In this document: positions 1 to 9,576 of the stretch, piece by piece
Layout: each line of letters begins with the position of its first letter
Position numbering within the stretch: the first letter of the stretch is position 1
Source: an uncultured delta proteobacterium
GTDB taxonomy: Bacteria; Myxococcota; Myxococcia; Myxococcales; Myxococcaceae
Assembly: GCA_963771175.1 (NCBI GenBank)
Contig: CAVYSY010000058.1
Span: forward strand, 1-64,000
DNA length: 64,000 nt
Direction: 5' to 3'
Made by a program: the position numbers and the translations under genes
Notes under the pieces: model-generated
Databases searched by the model: none
The model's input: only the letters and a program-made list of their open reading frames with translations
What the model was told of the DNA's origin: nothing

Positions 1-24
1 ATCCGCTCAGAGTCAGACCGCGAT

Positions 25-572
25 TCAGCCCGTCTCCAGCGCGCTGACCACGGATGCCAGGCAGTGCGGACAGGCAGTGCGTCCCGCCACCACGGACCTG
101 CCACACCCCGTGCACCGCACCATGCGGGGGAGACGGCAGGCCCCGTCCTCTGGGGCGCACTTCGGGGCCTCGGGAGCCCGACCCGCACGAATTCCCGCCG
201 CACCGCCTCGTCCTCCAGGTTCAGCCAGTCGGACAGCCGCCGACGGTTGCTGGAGAGCAGCTCGAAGGCATTGCGCGCGAGCGGCATCAGTGAGGGCCGG
301 GACAAGCGCTGTGCCCAGGGCCGGTACTCCGCCAGCGCCCACAGCACCATCAACCACGCCTGGGTGTCGCGGTAGACGTCCCCCTCATCGTCCACCACCA
401 CCAACTCCTCCTCTGTTTCCCGAGCGGCGCAGCTCGGGGAATCGCCGCGCCGCCGTCTGGCCTCCGGCCGCGAGGCACTTGAGTCCACCAGCGTGCGCTG
501 CTGCCGCAACCACCGGGCACAGCTCACGCAGAAGCCACACGTCTCGTCATACAGCACGCTGAGGGCACGCAT
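25..572 (-). CDS. DCC1-like thiol-disulfide oxidoreductase (DUF393) with C-terminal CxxC..CxxC tail; frameshifted
   Basis: ATG at 572 gives MRALSVLYDETCGFCVSCARWL (YDxxCxxC motif). Later frames give ELVVVDDEGDVYRDTQAWLMVLWAL and RCTGCG..ACPHC. Several frame changes are needed. Confidence 0.7.
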
Positions 573-575
573 GGC

Positions 576-1034
576 TCACCTCAGTCCCTCGGCCACCGGG
601 GCCGACGGCGACACCCGGGTGAACTCGCGCGGCAGCACCGGCGGCGGCTGATTGCGGAGCTGGCCCGTGCGGCGGATGCGGTTGAAGACGTAGAGGTTGA
701 AGAAGTGCATGCCACCCAGCACCACCATCACCCAGCCCACCTTGGTGCAGACCAGCTCGATGACCTCCTGCACCGACCAGATGGTGCGATGCTCCTTCAG
801 CGACAGGGCCACGTACCCGATGTTCATCAGGTAGAAGCCCACCACCAGCAGATGGTTCACCGACTCCGCCAAGCGCTCCTTGCCCAGGAACGCATCGTGG
901 AGGAAGTGCGCCCCATTGCGTTGCAGCGTCCTGGCCACCCACACCGTCAGCCCGATGCTCACGAGCAGGTAGAGCAGGTACGCGGCCACCATGAAGCTGC
1001 TCGACTCGGGGTACACCGGGGTCGTCGGATCCAT
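576..1034 (-). CDS. Integral membrane protein (3 predicted TM helices)
   Basis: MDPTTPVYPESS... has three hydrophobic segments (YLLYLLVSIGLTVWVA, HLLVVGFYLMNIGYVAL, VGWVMVVLGGMHFFN) and lies directly upstream of the DUF393 gene. Confidence 0.75.
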   Translation of the reverse strand: MDPTTPVYPESSSFMVAAYLLYLLVSIGLTVWVARTLQRNGAHFLHDAFLGKERLAESVNHLLVVGFYLMNIGYVALSLKEHRTIWSVQEVIELVCTKVGWVMVVLGGMHFFNLYVFNRIRRTGQLRNQPPPVLPREFTRVSPSAPVAEGLR

Positions 1035-1186
1035 GACACATTCTCCCTCGGGGAGCGCGGTCGCCCGGGGCTCCAGTGCCCTCGGTGGTGACGCCGCCCT
1101 CCCCTTCTGCGGAGAAATACCGGAAGGAAAATTCGCGGTTGCGGGGCGCCCGCACATTCACGGCTCGGACGTGGGCAGGGTATCCG

Positions 1187-1857
1187 TTACGTGCTGGCGG
1201 CCCGGAGCTTCGCGATCCACGCCCGGACTTCCTCGTTGACCCTCCGAGCCTCGACGCCCTCCTGGAACATCAGGAAGTCGAAGCGACCTTCCACGATCAT
1301 GCCCATCAGCGTCCGATCCGTGGCGATGATCTCCGGTACCTCCCAGGGAAAGACGGGCCATGTACCGCGATCCCCACTGAAATCGGGCATCTCGTAGATG
1401 AACTCCAGGTAGCGGGCGTAGGTGTCGAAGAAGCGGTCCACGTTGGAGGCAATGGGAAGTGCGTAGAAGTCCTCATAGGGGTCGACTTTGACGACCGGTT
1501 GGAAGCCCTGTGCATCAGCCAGGCTCGGCACCGTGGCATGGCGATAGGCCGACGCCTCCTCGCCCCCGAAGATGAGGAGGGAGCGGAACGGCTCGGGCCA
1601 GTCAGACTCTTGCTCGTTTGCCCTGAGAATGCCATTCACCTGCCCATCACAGGGCGCCACATAGAGATTAAGATAGAGCAGAAGCCCGCCCAGCCGTGAA
1701 TAGAAAGCGGCCAGCATCGGGTCGAGAGGCCGGCCCAGCACCAGCGAGCCCGCGGTCGGCGCCCCCTCCCAGGGATTTCGCATTCCTCGGCTCGGACGGG
1801 GTACTTCTCGCAGGCCAACAGCAACCGCTCGAGGCCGGGCAGGGGAATGTCTTTCAT
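1187..1857 (-). CDS. Myxobacterial immunity-like hypothetical protein (SMI1/KNR4-like); frameshift near N-terminus
   Basis: The start MKDIPLPGLERLL (1857) joins the frame carrying LDPMLAAFYSR...QPVVKVDPYE..PIASNVDRFFDTYARYLE. It lies downstream of a toxin/immunity pair. Confidence 0.55.
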
Positions 1858-1937
1858 CACGCATTTCTCCTCATCACCTTGCAGCACCTGAAGAAGAAAG
1901 CGGCGGAAGCGCGCCACTGCCGGAGAAGCCTCTCGGC

Positions 1938-2376
1938 TCAGGCCTCGTACAGACTGGCCATGAAGTCGCTAAAGCTGCCAGCGACGGGGTGAACGAGCAT
2001 TCCCACGGAGACGAGAACGACTGCCGCGTGTTCAGGAGAGGCGCGGTAATCAAAACAGAGGAACTCGCCCCCCGAGGTGAGCGCGAAGGGGAAGATGCCC
2101 GCGGGGACGTGAGGCTCGAGGATGCCGTATACACGGCGGAGGGAGTATTCGTCCCGCTCTTCGTCGATGCTGACCGTCAACAGGACACAAAAGACGTCCC
2201 TGCCCGAGCCGACATTGAAAGCAGAGGGCTCGGGACTCATGCCCTGGTGCGCCACGACGAGACGCCTGTAGTCGGAGGGAAGCCTCACTCCCCACTGCCG
2301 CTCAAGGAGCTCAAGCTCATGCGGGGTCCGCAGGATGAGATGCATCCCAGACATAGGGCTCCCAGCACACGGCCAT
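1938..2376 (-). CDS. SMI1/KNR4 family immunity protein
   Basis: Motifs LERQWGVRLPSDYRRL, IFPFALTSGGEFLCFDYR and VAGSFSDFM. Probable start MAVCWEPYVW at 2376, right after the toxin stop, with one frameshift. Confidence 0.85.
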
Positions 2377-2378
2377 GG

Positions 2379-4210
2379 CTACGTGCCTCCTCCCCAGATA
2401 GCCATTCCTCCTGTGTGAGGAGCGGCGAGCTGGTGGGCTCTTGTCGTGATGAGCTGCATCCTGCCGACATCCTGGTGGTGATGCCATGAATAGCCAGTGG
2501 GCGGCTTCGTGGAGGTTGGCAGTTTGTCGATGGCTTCCGGGCTCAGTCCGAGCGCGCGCCCCAGCGAGGGGTCTTCACGAATGGATTTGAACAGCTTCTG
2601 GTTGGCCGCCTTGTAGTGCGCGAGGCGATCCCTGCTTCCGATGTGCACGTCATCCAAGAGGGTTTCAAAGCTCGTGTCGAACTCAGGAAAGCCATCCTTG
2701 TCGAACCCGATGGTGGTCTTTCCATCCGAGATCCTCTGCCCGGAACGATTGCGCCCCAGATTCACGATGGGTTCGGGTGGGTTCCTCGTATTCTTGTACG
2801 GGATGATCCTGCCGTCGGAGGTGAGCTGAGGCTTGCGCCACGGCTCGATGAATTGCAGCCGGTATCTGCCCGGCGAGGAACGTGGGCTCCCCCCGGAATG
2901 GGGGAGGGAGTTGGCACTCCCGTTACCGCCCGCCCCCCGTGCTCCGGTGTTGGCCATGTGCAGCACATAGGTGGCACTGAGGGCGGGAGCCGCGGCGCTG
3001 ACGACGCCACCCACGGGCACGGCCACCAACCGCACCGCCATCAGGCCGTCGCCCGAGAGGGAGAGAAGGGGAATGGAGACATTGCCCAGCCTTCCGCCCC
3101 AGGAGGCCGCCTTCGCGGCGCCCGCACCCGAGGTGCCCACCAGCAGCACCACTCCAGTGGCGAGGCGTGACATGGTGCGCACCCTCTCCGCATGGGGCTT
3201 GTGGCGAAACTCCTCCCAGTGCTGGGGCGCATTCTCGTACAGCGCTCGCACCACTCCCGGCAGCTGCGTCAGGCCCTCCAGCGTCTCTCCCGGGTGGAAG
3301 ACGAGCCGGTAGAGGCCCTCCACCGTGTCCACCACGGCCAGCACGGCCCCCTCCGCCACTGGCAGCAACACCCCGTTGTCTGGCGCGTAGAGGCCCACCG
3401 GGAGCGACCCGTGCGGCACCCGCAGGGTGTTGTCCACCGGGAAAAGGTACCCGCCGTCGATGGCGTAGAAGGGGCCCACCTCGAAGCGGTCGACGCGCAG
3501 GGTGCCGTCCTGCGCCAGCACCACCTCGCCCGCCTTCTGCACGGCCACACCCGTGGCGGGCTTCACCAGGTAGCCATCCGGGCGCACCACCAGCAGCCGG
3601 GCGAAGCGGCGCATGCGCGCGTGCAGCTCGTCGCGCGACACCGGGACGCCGCCCGTGGCCACCTCCAGCAGCAGGTGCGCCGCCATGCGCCGCGGGCCAA
3701 AGTTGCCCAGCGTCACCGGCGTGGCCAGCAGGTGCGGCAGCAGCTCCATTGCCTGCGTGGGGGAGAGCGTGCGTCGTCCTCGGGGAGTGCGCTCGTGGGC
3801 ACCCCAGCCTCCACGAGAAAGCCCTGAAACCAGTCCAAGCTCATGGATACGGCGTAGGGGCGACCGTCACCCACCCCATCCGGCCAGCCGAGTCTCTCCG
3901 CTCCCCAATCATCCAGCGGGTCCACCTCGGCAGGGTTGGACGTCGGGCGGCGGGCGAGCGTGCGGGCCCCCTCGTTCTCCGCCGTGCGACCATCCCAGTC
4001 TACTCGGGCGGTACGCGTTCCTCTGCGGGCGTGTCCAGGCGCTCAGGCGGGGTGAGGGACCAGTGGGCATTGGCCGATGAGCCCCCTGGGGGAGGCATCA
4101 GCGGCCCTCGGCACGCACCCGGACAGCAGCACCAGAGCCACCCCTGTCGTCAGCACACTGGCCAGGGACCGCCACCGCTGCGTCCCCGTGTCGAACGATG
4201 GCAGGAGCAT
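2379..4210 (-). CDS. Lipoprotein polymorphic toxin with C-terminal WHH/HNH nuclease; frameshifted in N-terminal part
   Basis: C-terminus GYSWHHHQDVGRMQLI..AH..PHTGGMAIWGGG is a WHH nuclease signature. N-terminal lipobox VLLSGC is in the frame starting at 4210. Main ORF is 2379-3749. Confidence 0.8.
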
Positions 4211-4505
4211 CGTGCCTCTCAAGTCCCGGTGGCCTGAATGGAGGCGGCACGATGGCCTCGCCGCAGGAAGTGGTGTGGCGGCAGCGGTCATCCTGCGGCC
4301 TCGCGTCGATTCAGCCACTCGGTCAGCAGCACGCTCGTCCAGCACGCCCAGGACATCCTCCCGCCCGAGCACTGTCTCGTGGCGTCCCCACTCCTCTCGG
4401 AAGTCGATGCTCTCGCTCGCCATGTGCGCCCGTCATGCTACCAGGGCGCAAACGATCGTTAACGAAGTGGTACGGGTGGTGGACCGACCTTGGGGTCACG
4501 ACATT

Positions 4506-5952
4506 TCAGGGCCGCCAGCGCCACAGGTACATGCCGAACTCGAGCACCGGCGGTGTCAGCATCAGGACGAGCCCGGCCCACATCACCGGCTCGCGGGAGA
4601 GCGGCCGCTGGCGCCGCCAGGCCTCCAGGGTGGAGACGCACAGGAGGTAGAGCGCGGACAGCTCGAGCAGGCCCCCCACCAGCGGCATGAAGGGAGGCAT
4701 GGAGATGCCCACCAGCCCCTCCAGCACGCCGCTCAGTGCGAACAGGCCCGAGCACGCCACCGTCACGCCCAGGAAGGTGCGGGCCTCGCGCAACGGCACC
4801 TCGGGAGCCGGCGCGTCCAGCCCCTCGTGGCGCCAGTGCCTCCGCAGCAGGCCGTACGCCGCGAGCGCCACCGCGAGCCCCGCCACCGCGCCGAGGATGG
4901 GGCCCGTCTCGAAGCGCGCCCGCGTCACCCACCGGCCATCGGCGAGCTGGGCCGCGGGCTGCATGGTGAGCGGATCCAACTCGCTCGACGCCAGCACCCG
5001 CGGCGTCACCGACACGACGAGCGCCCACAGCACCAGGGCACAGGCCACCGCCTGCAGCACCGCCACCGCGCGCATCCAGATGGCCTCGTCCGGAGGAAGG
5101 GACGCCTCCGCCGCTCCATCCGCGAGCCGTCGCAGGTCCAGGCCGAGCGCCTGCGCGCTGGCGTAGCGCCGGGAGGGCTCGAGCATCACGGCCCGCCGCA
5201 CCACCGCCCCGAGCGCCCCCGTCAGCGAGGGCGAGCCCGCCACCGGAGGTCGGCCCGTCACCATTCTCATGCAGCAGCACGCCCACCGCGTACACGTCCA
5301 TCCGCGGGTCGGGCGGGGCGCCGACGAGCGCCTCGGGAGCCATGTACTCGGGGGTGCCCACCACGGTGTGCGCGGCGGTGAGGGTGTCGCGAGGCCCCTC
5401 CTGCCGCACGATGCGGGCAATCCCGAAGTCCGTCACCTTCACCCGGCCCGCGCCGTCCACGAGGATGTTGGCGGGCTTGATGTCCCGGTGCACCACCCCG
5501 CGCGCATGCGCGTAGGCCAGCGCGTCGCACACCTGGAGGGCCATGCGCACGGCCTCGGTCGGGGGCAGCGGCAGCAGCTCCGCGAGGGAGCGGCCCTCCA
5601 CCAGCTCCATCACCAGGAAGCGCTCGCCCTCCTCGTCCCCGAAGTCGTGAACCCGGACGATGTTCGGGTGGTCCAGCAGCGCCAGCGCCCGAGCCTCCCG
5701 GGCGAAGCGGGCCTGGGCCTCGGGACTGGAGGCGGCCTCTCCGGCGAGGAACTTCACCGCCACCGCACGGTCCAGCCGCACGTGGCGCGCGCGGAAGACG
5801 CGGCCCATGCCACCCCGGCCGATCTCCTCCTCCAACTCCAGGGCGCCGATGCGCCCCGGGTCGTCCATGTCCTCGCCCAGGAGACAGCCGGGACACACCG
5901 CCAGGCGCTCGGCGTCCACCGGAGTCCCACAGCGGGGGCAGCGGCCACTCAT
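4506..5952 (-). CDS. Membrane Ser/Thr protein kinase with N-terminal Cys pairs and C-terminal multi-TM domain; frameshift near 5265
   Basis: Kinase motifs GRGGMG, VAVK, HRDIKPAN, DFG, GTPEYMAPE. N-terminal CPRC..CPGC. TM helices in the 4506-5420 frame. ATGA overlap with the ECF stop. Confidence 0.9.
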
Positions 5953-6671
5953 CGCTTCAACACCCGGAGCAGCTCGGCCAGCTCGGCCTCCGCCTCCTCG
6001 GGCCCGCCCACCGTGTCCGCCACCTCCTCGCGCACCAACTCGCGGTAGCGCACCCGCGCGCGGTGGAGGAACGTCTTGAGCTGCGGCAACGACATGCCGT
6101 GCTCCGCCGCGGCGTCCCGGTAGCTCGGCGGCTCGCCGGGGCGGAAGAACTGGAGCACCAGGGCGAAGGGGCCCCTGCGCGCGCCGCTGTCGAACTCGGC
6201 CTTCAGCCGCTCCAGGGCGCGCTCCATGACACTCGCGGCCCACTCCCGCTCGAAGGCCTCGTCCGGGCCCTGCGCGTCGTCGGCCGCGAGCCGCTCCGCC
6301 AGGGCGAAGTCCAGCGGCATCGGAGCGATACCGCCCCCGCGCCGCGCCGCGCTCTCACGCTCGTGCCGGTGGATGAGGTGGTTGCGCGCGGCCGTCAGCA
6401 GGTAGCCGCGCAGCCGACCCTTCTCGGGGCTCAACCGGTCGAGGAAGTCGTGCTCCAGCAGCCGCACGAGCAGGTCCTGCACCGCGTCGCGCGCGGCCTC
6501 CTCCTCCAGCCCCTGGCGGCGCATGAAGACGTAGAGGGGACGCCAGTAGGTGCGCAGCAGCGACTCAATCGCCGCGCGGCGAGCCTCCGGAGAAGCCTGG
6601 GCCGAGCGGATGAGGGTCCAGCGCGTGGGTGGGAAGGTGCCCGGCCCCTCCTGTCGCGGATCTGCGCTCAT
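5949..6671 (-). CDS. ECF sigma factor, kinase-associated type
   Basis: FPPTRWTLI N-terminus, YWRPLYVF, ARDAVQD, FEREWA and LHRARVRY sigma2/sigma4 features. Coupled to the kinase gene. Confidence 0.85.
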   Translation of the reverse strand: MSADPRQEGPGTFPPTRWTLIRSAQASPEARRAAIESLLRTYWRPLYVFMRRQGLEEEAARDAVQDLLVRLLEHDFLDRLSPEKGRLRGYLLTAARNHLIHRHERESAARRGGGIAPMPLDFALAERLAADDAQGPDEAFEREWAASVMERALERLKAEFDSGARRGPFALVLQFFRPGEPPSYRDAAAEHGMSLPQLKTFLHRARVRYRELVREEVADTVGGPEEAEAELAELLRVLKR

Positions 6672-6909
6672 GGGTGGAGTTCTAGCCCAAATCCGGGAGG
6701 CGCTCCTCGGCGGTTCCCGCTCAGAAGTGCACATCTGCCCCCGGGCGCTGCACACTGCCGGACAGGAGCCTCCGCCCGCCGGAGCGAACCCTCCGTTTCA
6801 CTGGAGGAAAACACCCTCTCGCGTTTTCCAGGGGTCCTCGCCTCTCTACCTTCGCGCCCCGCGGTAACACCCCGAGTCACAGTCCATGCGGACCCACGAG
6901 GAGAGAACC

Positions 6910-7320
6910 ATGACCCCCGCCACCCAGATGAGCATGCCCATGCAGCCCGGAATGATGAACCCGATGATGGGCGGCATGATGCCGATGATGGGCATGAACC
7001 CGATGATGGGCGGCATGATGCCCATGAATCAGATGCCGATGATGGGCATGAACCCGATGATGGGCGGCATGATGGGCATGAACCCGATGATGGGCGGCAT
7101 GCCGATGATGATGCCCATGATGATGCGCATGCCGATGATGGCCCGGATGACCTGTGAGATGGGCAAGGACGGCATGGTGTGCCGGATGATGCCCATGGAT
7201 CAGAACCAGATGGAGATGATGAAGGACTGCTGCGACGCCATGAACTCCATGATGTCCATGGGGATGCCGGTGATGATGATGTGCAACGGCATGCCGATGA
7301 TGATGTGCACGGCGAAGTAG
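6910..7320 (+). CDS. Methionine-rich protein (about 60 Met and 6 Cys in 136 aa)
   Basis: GAGGAG RBS precedes ATG 6910. MNPMMGGM repeats are followed by a Cys-containing C-terminal part, and a hairpin terminator follows the gene. Confidence 0.75.
   Translation: MTPATQMSMPMQPGMMNPMMGGMMPMMGMNPMMGGMMPMNQMPMMGMNPMMGGMMGMNPMMGGMPMMMPMMMRMPMMARMTCEMGKDGMVCRMMPMDQNQMEMMKDCCDAMNSMMSMGMPVMMMCNGMPMMMCTAK
6955..7101 (+). repeat. Imperfect tandem repeat encoding MNPMMGGM (4 copies of atgaacccgatgatgggcggcatg)
   Basis: Four copies of the 24-nt unit with short variable spacers. Confidence 0.85.
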
Positions 7321-7347
7321 CACCCGGCCCGTGAGGGCCTGAAACGC

Positions 7348-7386
7348 GAGAGCCGGCGAGAGCGCCCGAGGGGCTCGCCGGCTCTC
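7348..7386. terminator. Hairpin between convergent genes (probable terminator)
   Basis: 13-bp inverted repeat gagagccggcgag / ctcgccggctctc. Confidence 0.7.
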
Positions 7387-7415
7387 CGTGTTTCCAGGGG
7401 ACGCGCGGGAGGGCC

Positions 7416-8162
7416 CTAGCCGACCGTCTCCGCGTACGTCATCACCAGGAACATCACCGCGTCCACGTTGCCCACGTTGCGGTAGACGTGCGCCACGTCC
7501 GCCTCGAACAGGATGGAGTCTCCCGCGGCCAGCACGTGACGCTCGTCCCCTCGGTCGATCTCCACCTGCCCCACCGTCACCACGAGGTTCTCCATCGTCC
7601 CCGGCGGGTGCGGCTCCGCGCGCTCCACCGCGCGCGCGGCCAGGTGCAGCTCATAGAACTCGACGCGCCTGGGCTCGTCGAACGGGAAGAGCGCGCGCGA
7701 CGTGAAGCTGCCGTCGTGCGAGGCGAGCACCTTCGCCTGCGTGGCGCGCATCAACCGCGTGCCGCTCTGGGCGGTAGTGCTGATCAACGCCGAGAACGGG
7801 ATGCCCAGCGACCGGGCGATCTTCCAGATGACGTTGATGGTGGGGGCGCTCTGCCCGAGCTCGATCTGCCCCAGCATGGCCCGGCTCACCCCGGACGCCT
7901 TGGCGAGCCGCTCCAGGGAGAGGCCACGATGGGTGCGCAGGCGGCGGAGGTTGCGACCGACGATGGGCGCCAGGTCAGCCGAGGACTCCCCGTGCGCGAC
8001 CTCGTAGGTCCACTCCTCCTCGGAGCTGGGGGGCACGGCAGGGGCCTGCTGGGGAGCAGCCGCCTTACCAGCCGGCTCCCGCTTCCGTCCTCGACCCTTG
8101 GGGGCCGAGGGAGTCTCTGCCTCCGGCTTCTGCGGAGGGGTGTTTTCCCGAACCGATTTCAC
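7416..8162 (-). CDS. XRE-family HTH plus cupin transcriptional regulator (SutR/PuuR-like architecture)
   Basis: HTH NLRRLRTHRGLSLERLAKASGVSRAMLGQIELGQSAPT. Cupin HPPGTME..GDSILFEADVAHVYRN. GTG start overlaps the stop of the upstream small ORF. Confidence 0.9.
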   Translation of the reverse strand: MKSVRENTPPQKPEAETPSAPKGRGRKREPAGKAAAPQQAPAVPPSSEEEWTYEVAHGESSADLAPIVGRNLRRLRTHRGLSLERLAKASGVSRAMLGQIELGQSAPTINVIWKIARSLGIPFSALISTTAQSGTRLMRATQAKVLASHDGSFTSRALFPFDEPRRVEFYELHLAARAVERAEPHPPGTMENLVVTVGQVEIDRGDERHVLAAGDSILFEADVAHVYRNVGNVDAVMFLVMTYAETVG

Positions 8163-8296
8163 GTAGGCCAGACCATGACCCACACCCATACCGGCGTCCA
8201 GAGAGTCATGGGGGCGGGCGACCGGGTAGACGAAGGCCTGGGCTCACGTCGCTTCCGGAACTCGTCGAGGTTGATGATTTCGGCGACCTGGCTCAT
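8159..8296 (-). CDS. Putative 45-aa microprotein
   Basis: MSQVAEIINLDEFRKRREPRPSSTRSPAPMTLWTPVWVWVMVWPT, with a GGAG RBS upstream and a GTGA overlap with the regulator. Confidence 0.55.
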   Translation of the reverse strand: MSQVAEIINLDEFRKRREPRPSSTRSPAPMTLWTPVWVWVMVWPT

Positions 8297-8455
8297 GGCG
8301 GATGGTTTCTCCGATGGCGGAAGCATGTCCGTCGAAGCGGACGAACGCAATATCCGTTTTAACGGATGACCTGTCAATCCCGCCCCGGGAGCAGGCGGGA
8401 GGACAGGCGCACGGTGCCCGCTCGCCGGGTAGGCTGCGGGGCCTCGAGGCGACCC

Positions 8456-8824
8456 ATGACGAAGCCGAAGGACAAGGACACCCTCAACCACAACCCGTTC
8501 GCCCGACTCCAGGGACTGCGCGACACGCTGCCCTCCACGAAGCCCCAGGTGCGCAAGGAGGACTTCCCGGACACGCCGCCGCCCCAGGGACCCGAGCGCG
8601 CCATGGTGCGGCTCGAGGCCGGACGCGGCGGCGAGGAGGTGACGGTGGTGGAGGGCCTGGGCCTGCCCACGACGGAGCTGGAGGCGTGGCTCCACGCGCT
8701 CCAGCGGGGCCTCGCCTGCACGGGCTCGGTGGACGGAGAGCGGCTGGTGCTGCGGGGTGACCACCGCTTCAAGCTGCCCGACCTGCTGCTGCGCCGGGGC
8801 GTCAAGCGCGTGGTCCACGGCTGA
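8456..8824 (+). CDS. SUI1/YciH-like translation initiation factor
   Basis: GRGGEEVTVVEGL..LQRGLACTGSV..LVLRGDHR pattern, plus N-terminal HNPFA. Confidence 0.8.
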   Translation: MTKPKDKDTLNHNPFARLQGLRDTLPSTKPQVRKEDFPDTPPPQGPERAMVRLEAGRGGEEVTVVEGLGLPTTELEAWLHALQRGLACTGSVDGERLVLRGDHRFKLPDLLLRRGVKRVVHG

Positions 8825-8840
8825 GCCGCCCCGGGACGCC

Positions 8841-9536
8841 TCAGGCGGCGGGAGCCTTCGGCTCGTCCTGGGGCTTCTGCTCGGCGGACTCCGCGACGGG
8901 CTCGGCCGGAGCCGGGGCCTGCTCCGGAGCGGGCAGGGACTGCACCGGGGCGCCCTGCCCCTCGAGGGTGCCGGCCTCGCGCTGGGCAATCTTCTCGCCC
9001 GCGCGCTCGGCGGCCTGGAGGAACTCGGCGTACTCGTCCTTCTTCGCGGCGGCCTGCTGCTGGGCCTGATCCGCCTGCGTCCCCGCGTCGGCCCGTCCGC
9101 GCACGATGGCCCGCTGGGTGAGCACCACGCCGGCGGCGAACACCGCCCAGTCCAACAGCGTGAGGAGCCAGCCCCGCTCCACCCAGCCGTCGACGCCTCC
9201 GCGCACGAAGTCGAGCGCGAGGAGGAAGCACTGGCCGGTGAAGGCGGCCCCGAGCGCGGTGGGCCATGGGCGCAGCTCGAGGATGCGGGCGGCGCCGTAG
9301 CACAGCATGGGCAGCACGGCGAGCACCCACAGCTTCGCGAGCGCCAGGCCGATGCCGACGCGGAGGAAGGCGAAGGGCAGCGCCTGGAGCCGCTCCATGA
9401 GGCGCAGGGTGAGGGCCACGCTCACCACGGAGCCCAGCACCAACGCCAGGAAGCCAATCCCCACGGTGAACTGGAGACGGCGGATGCGGACGCGCAGCGG
9501 ATCGAGGATGGCCTTGGCGGAGCTCACGGGGTCCAC
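8841..9536 (-). CDS. Hypothetical membrane protein (4 TM, charged tail)
   Basis: ORF with hydrophobic helices and high-GC codon usage, downstream of truA. Confidence 0.7.
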   Translation of the reverse strand: MDPVSSAKAILDPLRVRIRRLQFTVGIGFLALVLGSVVSVALTLRLMERLQALPFAFLRVGIGLALAKLWVLAVLPMLCYGAARILELRPWPTALGAAFTGQCFLLALDFVRGGVDGWVERGWLLTLLDWAVFAAGVVLTQRAIVRGRADAGTQADQAQQQAAAKKDEYAEFLQAAERAGEKIAQREAGTLEGQGAPVQSLPAPEQAPAPAEPVAESAEQKPQDEPKAPAA

Positions 9537-9576
9537 AGCCTAGCGCAAGCGAGGGCGCGGCACGCAGCGAGAGTCC

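Noticed and set aside
4240..4423. MASESIDFREEWGRHETVLGREDVL fragment
   Set aside because: It may be the stub of an ATPase-type gene, but it is too short to support a call.
6955..7101. Possible CRISPR array
   Set aside because: The units are in-frame coding repeats with very short, related spacers, and there are no cas genes.
6877..7323. His-rich ORF on the minus strand
   Set aside because: It is the antisense shadow of ATG repeats (CAT). The RBS and terminator support the plus-strand Met-rich gene.
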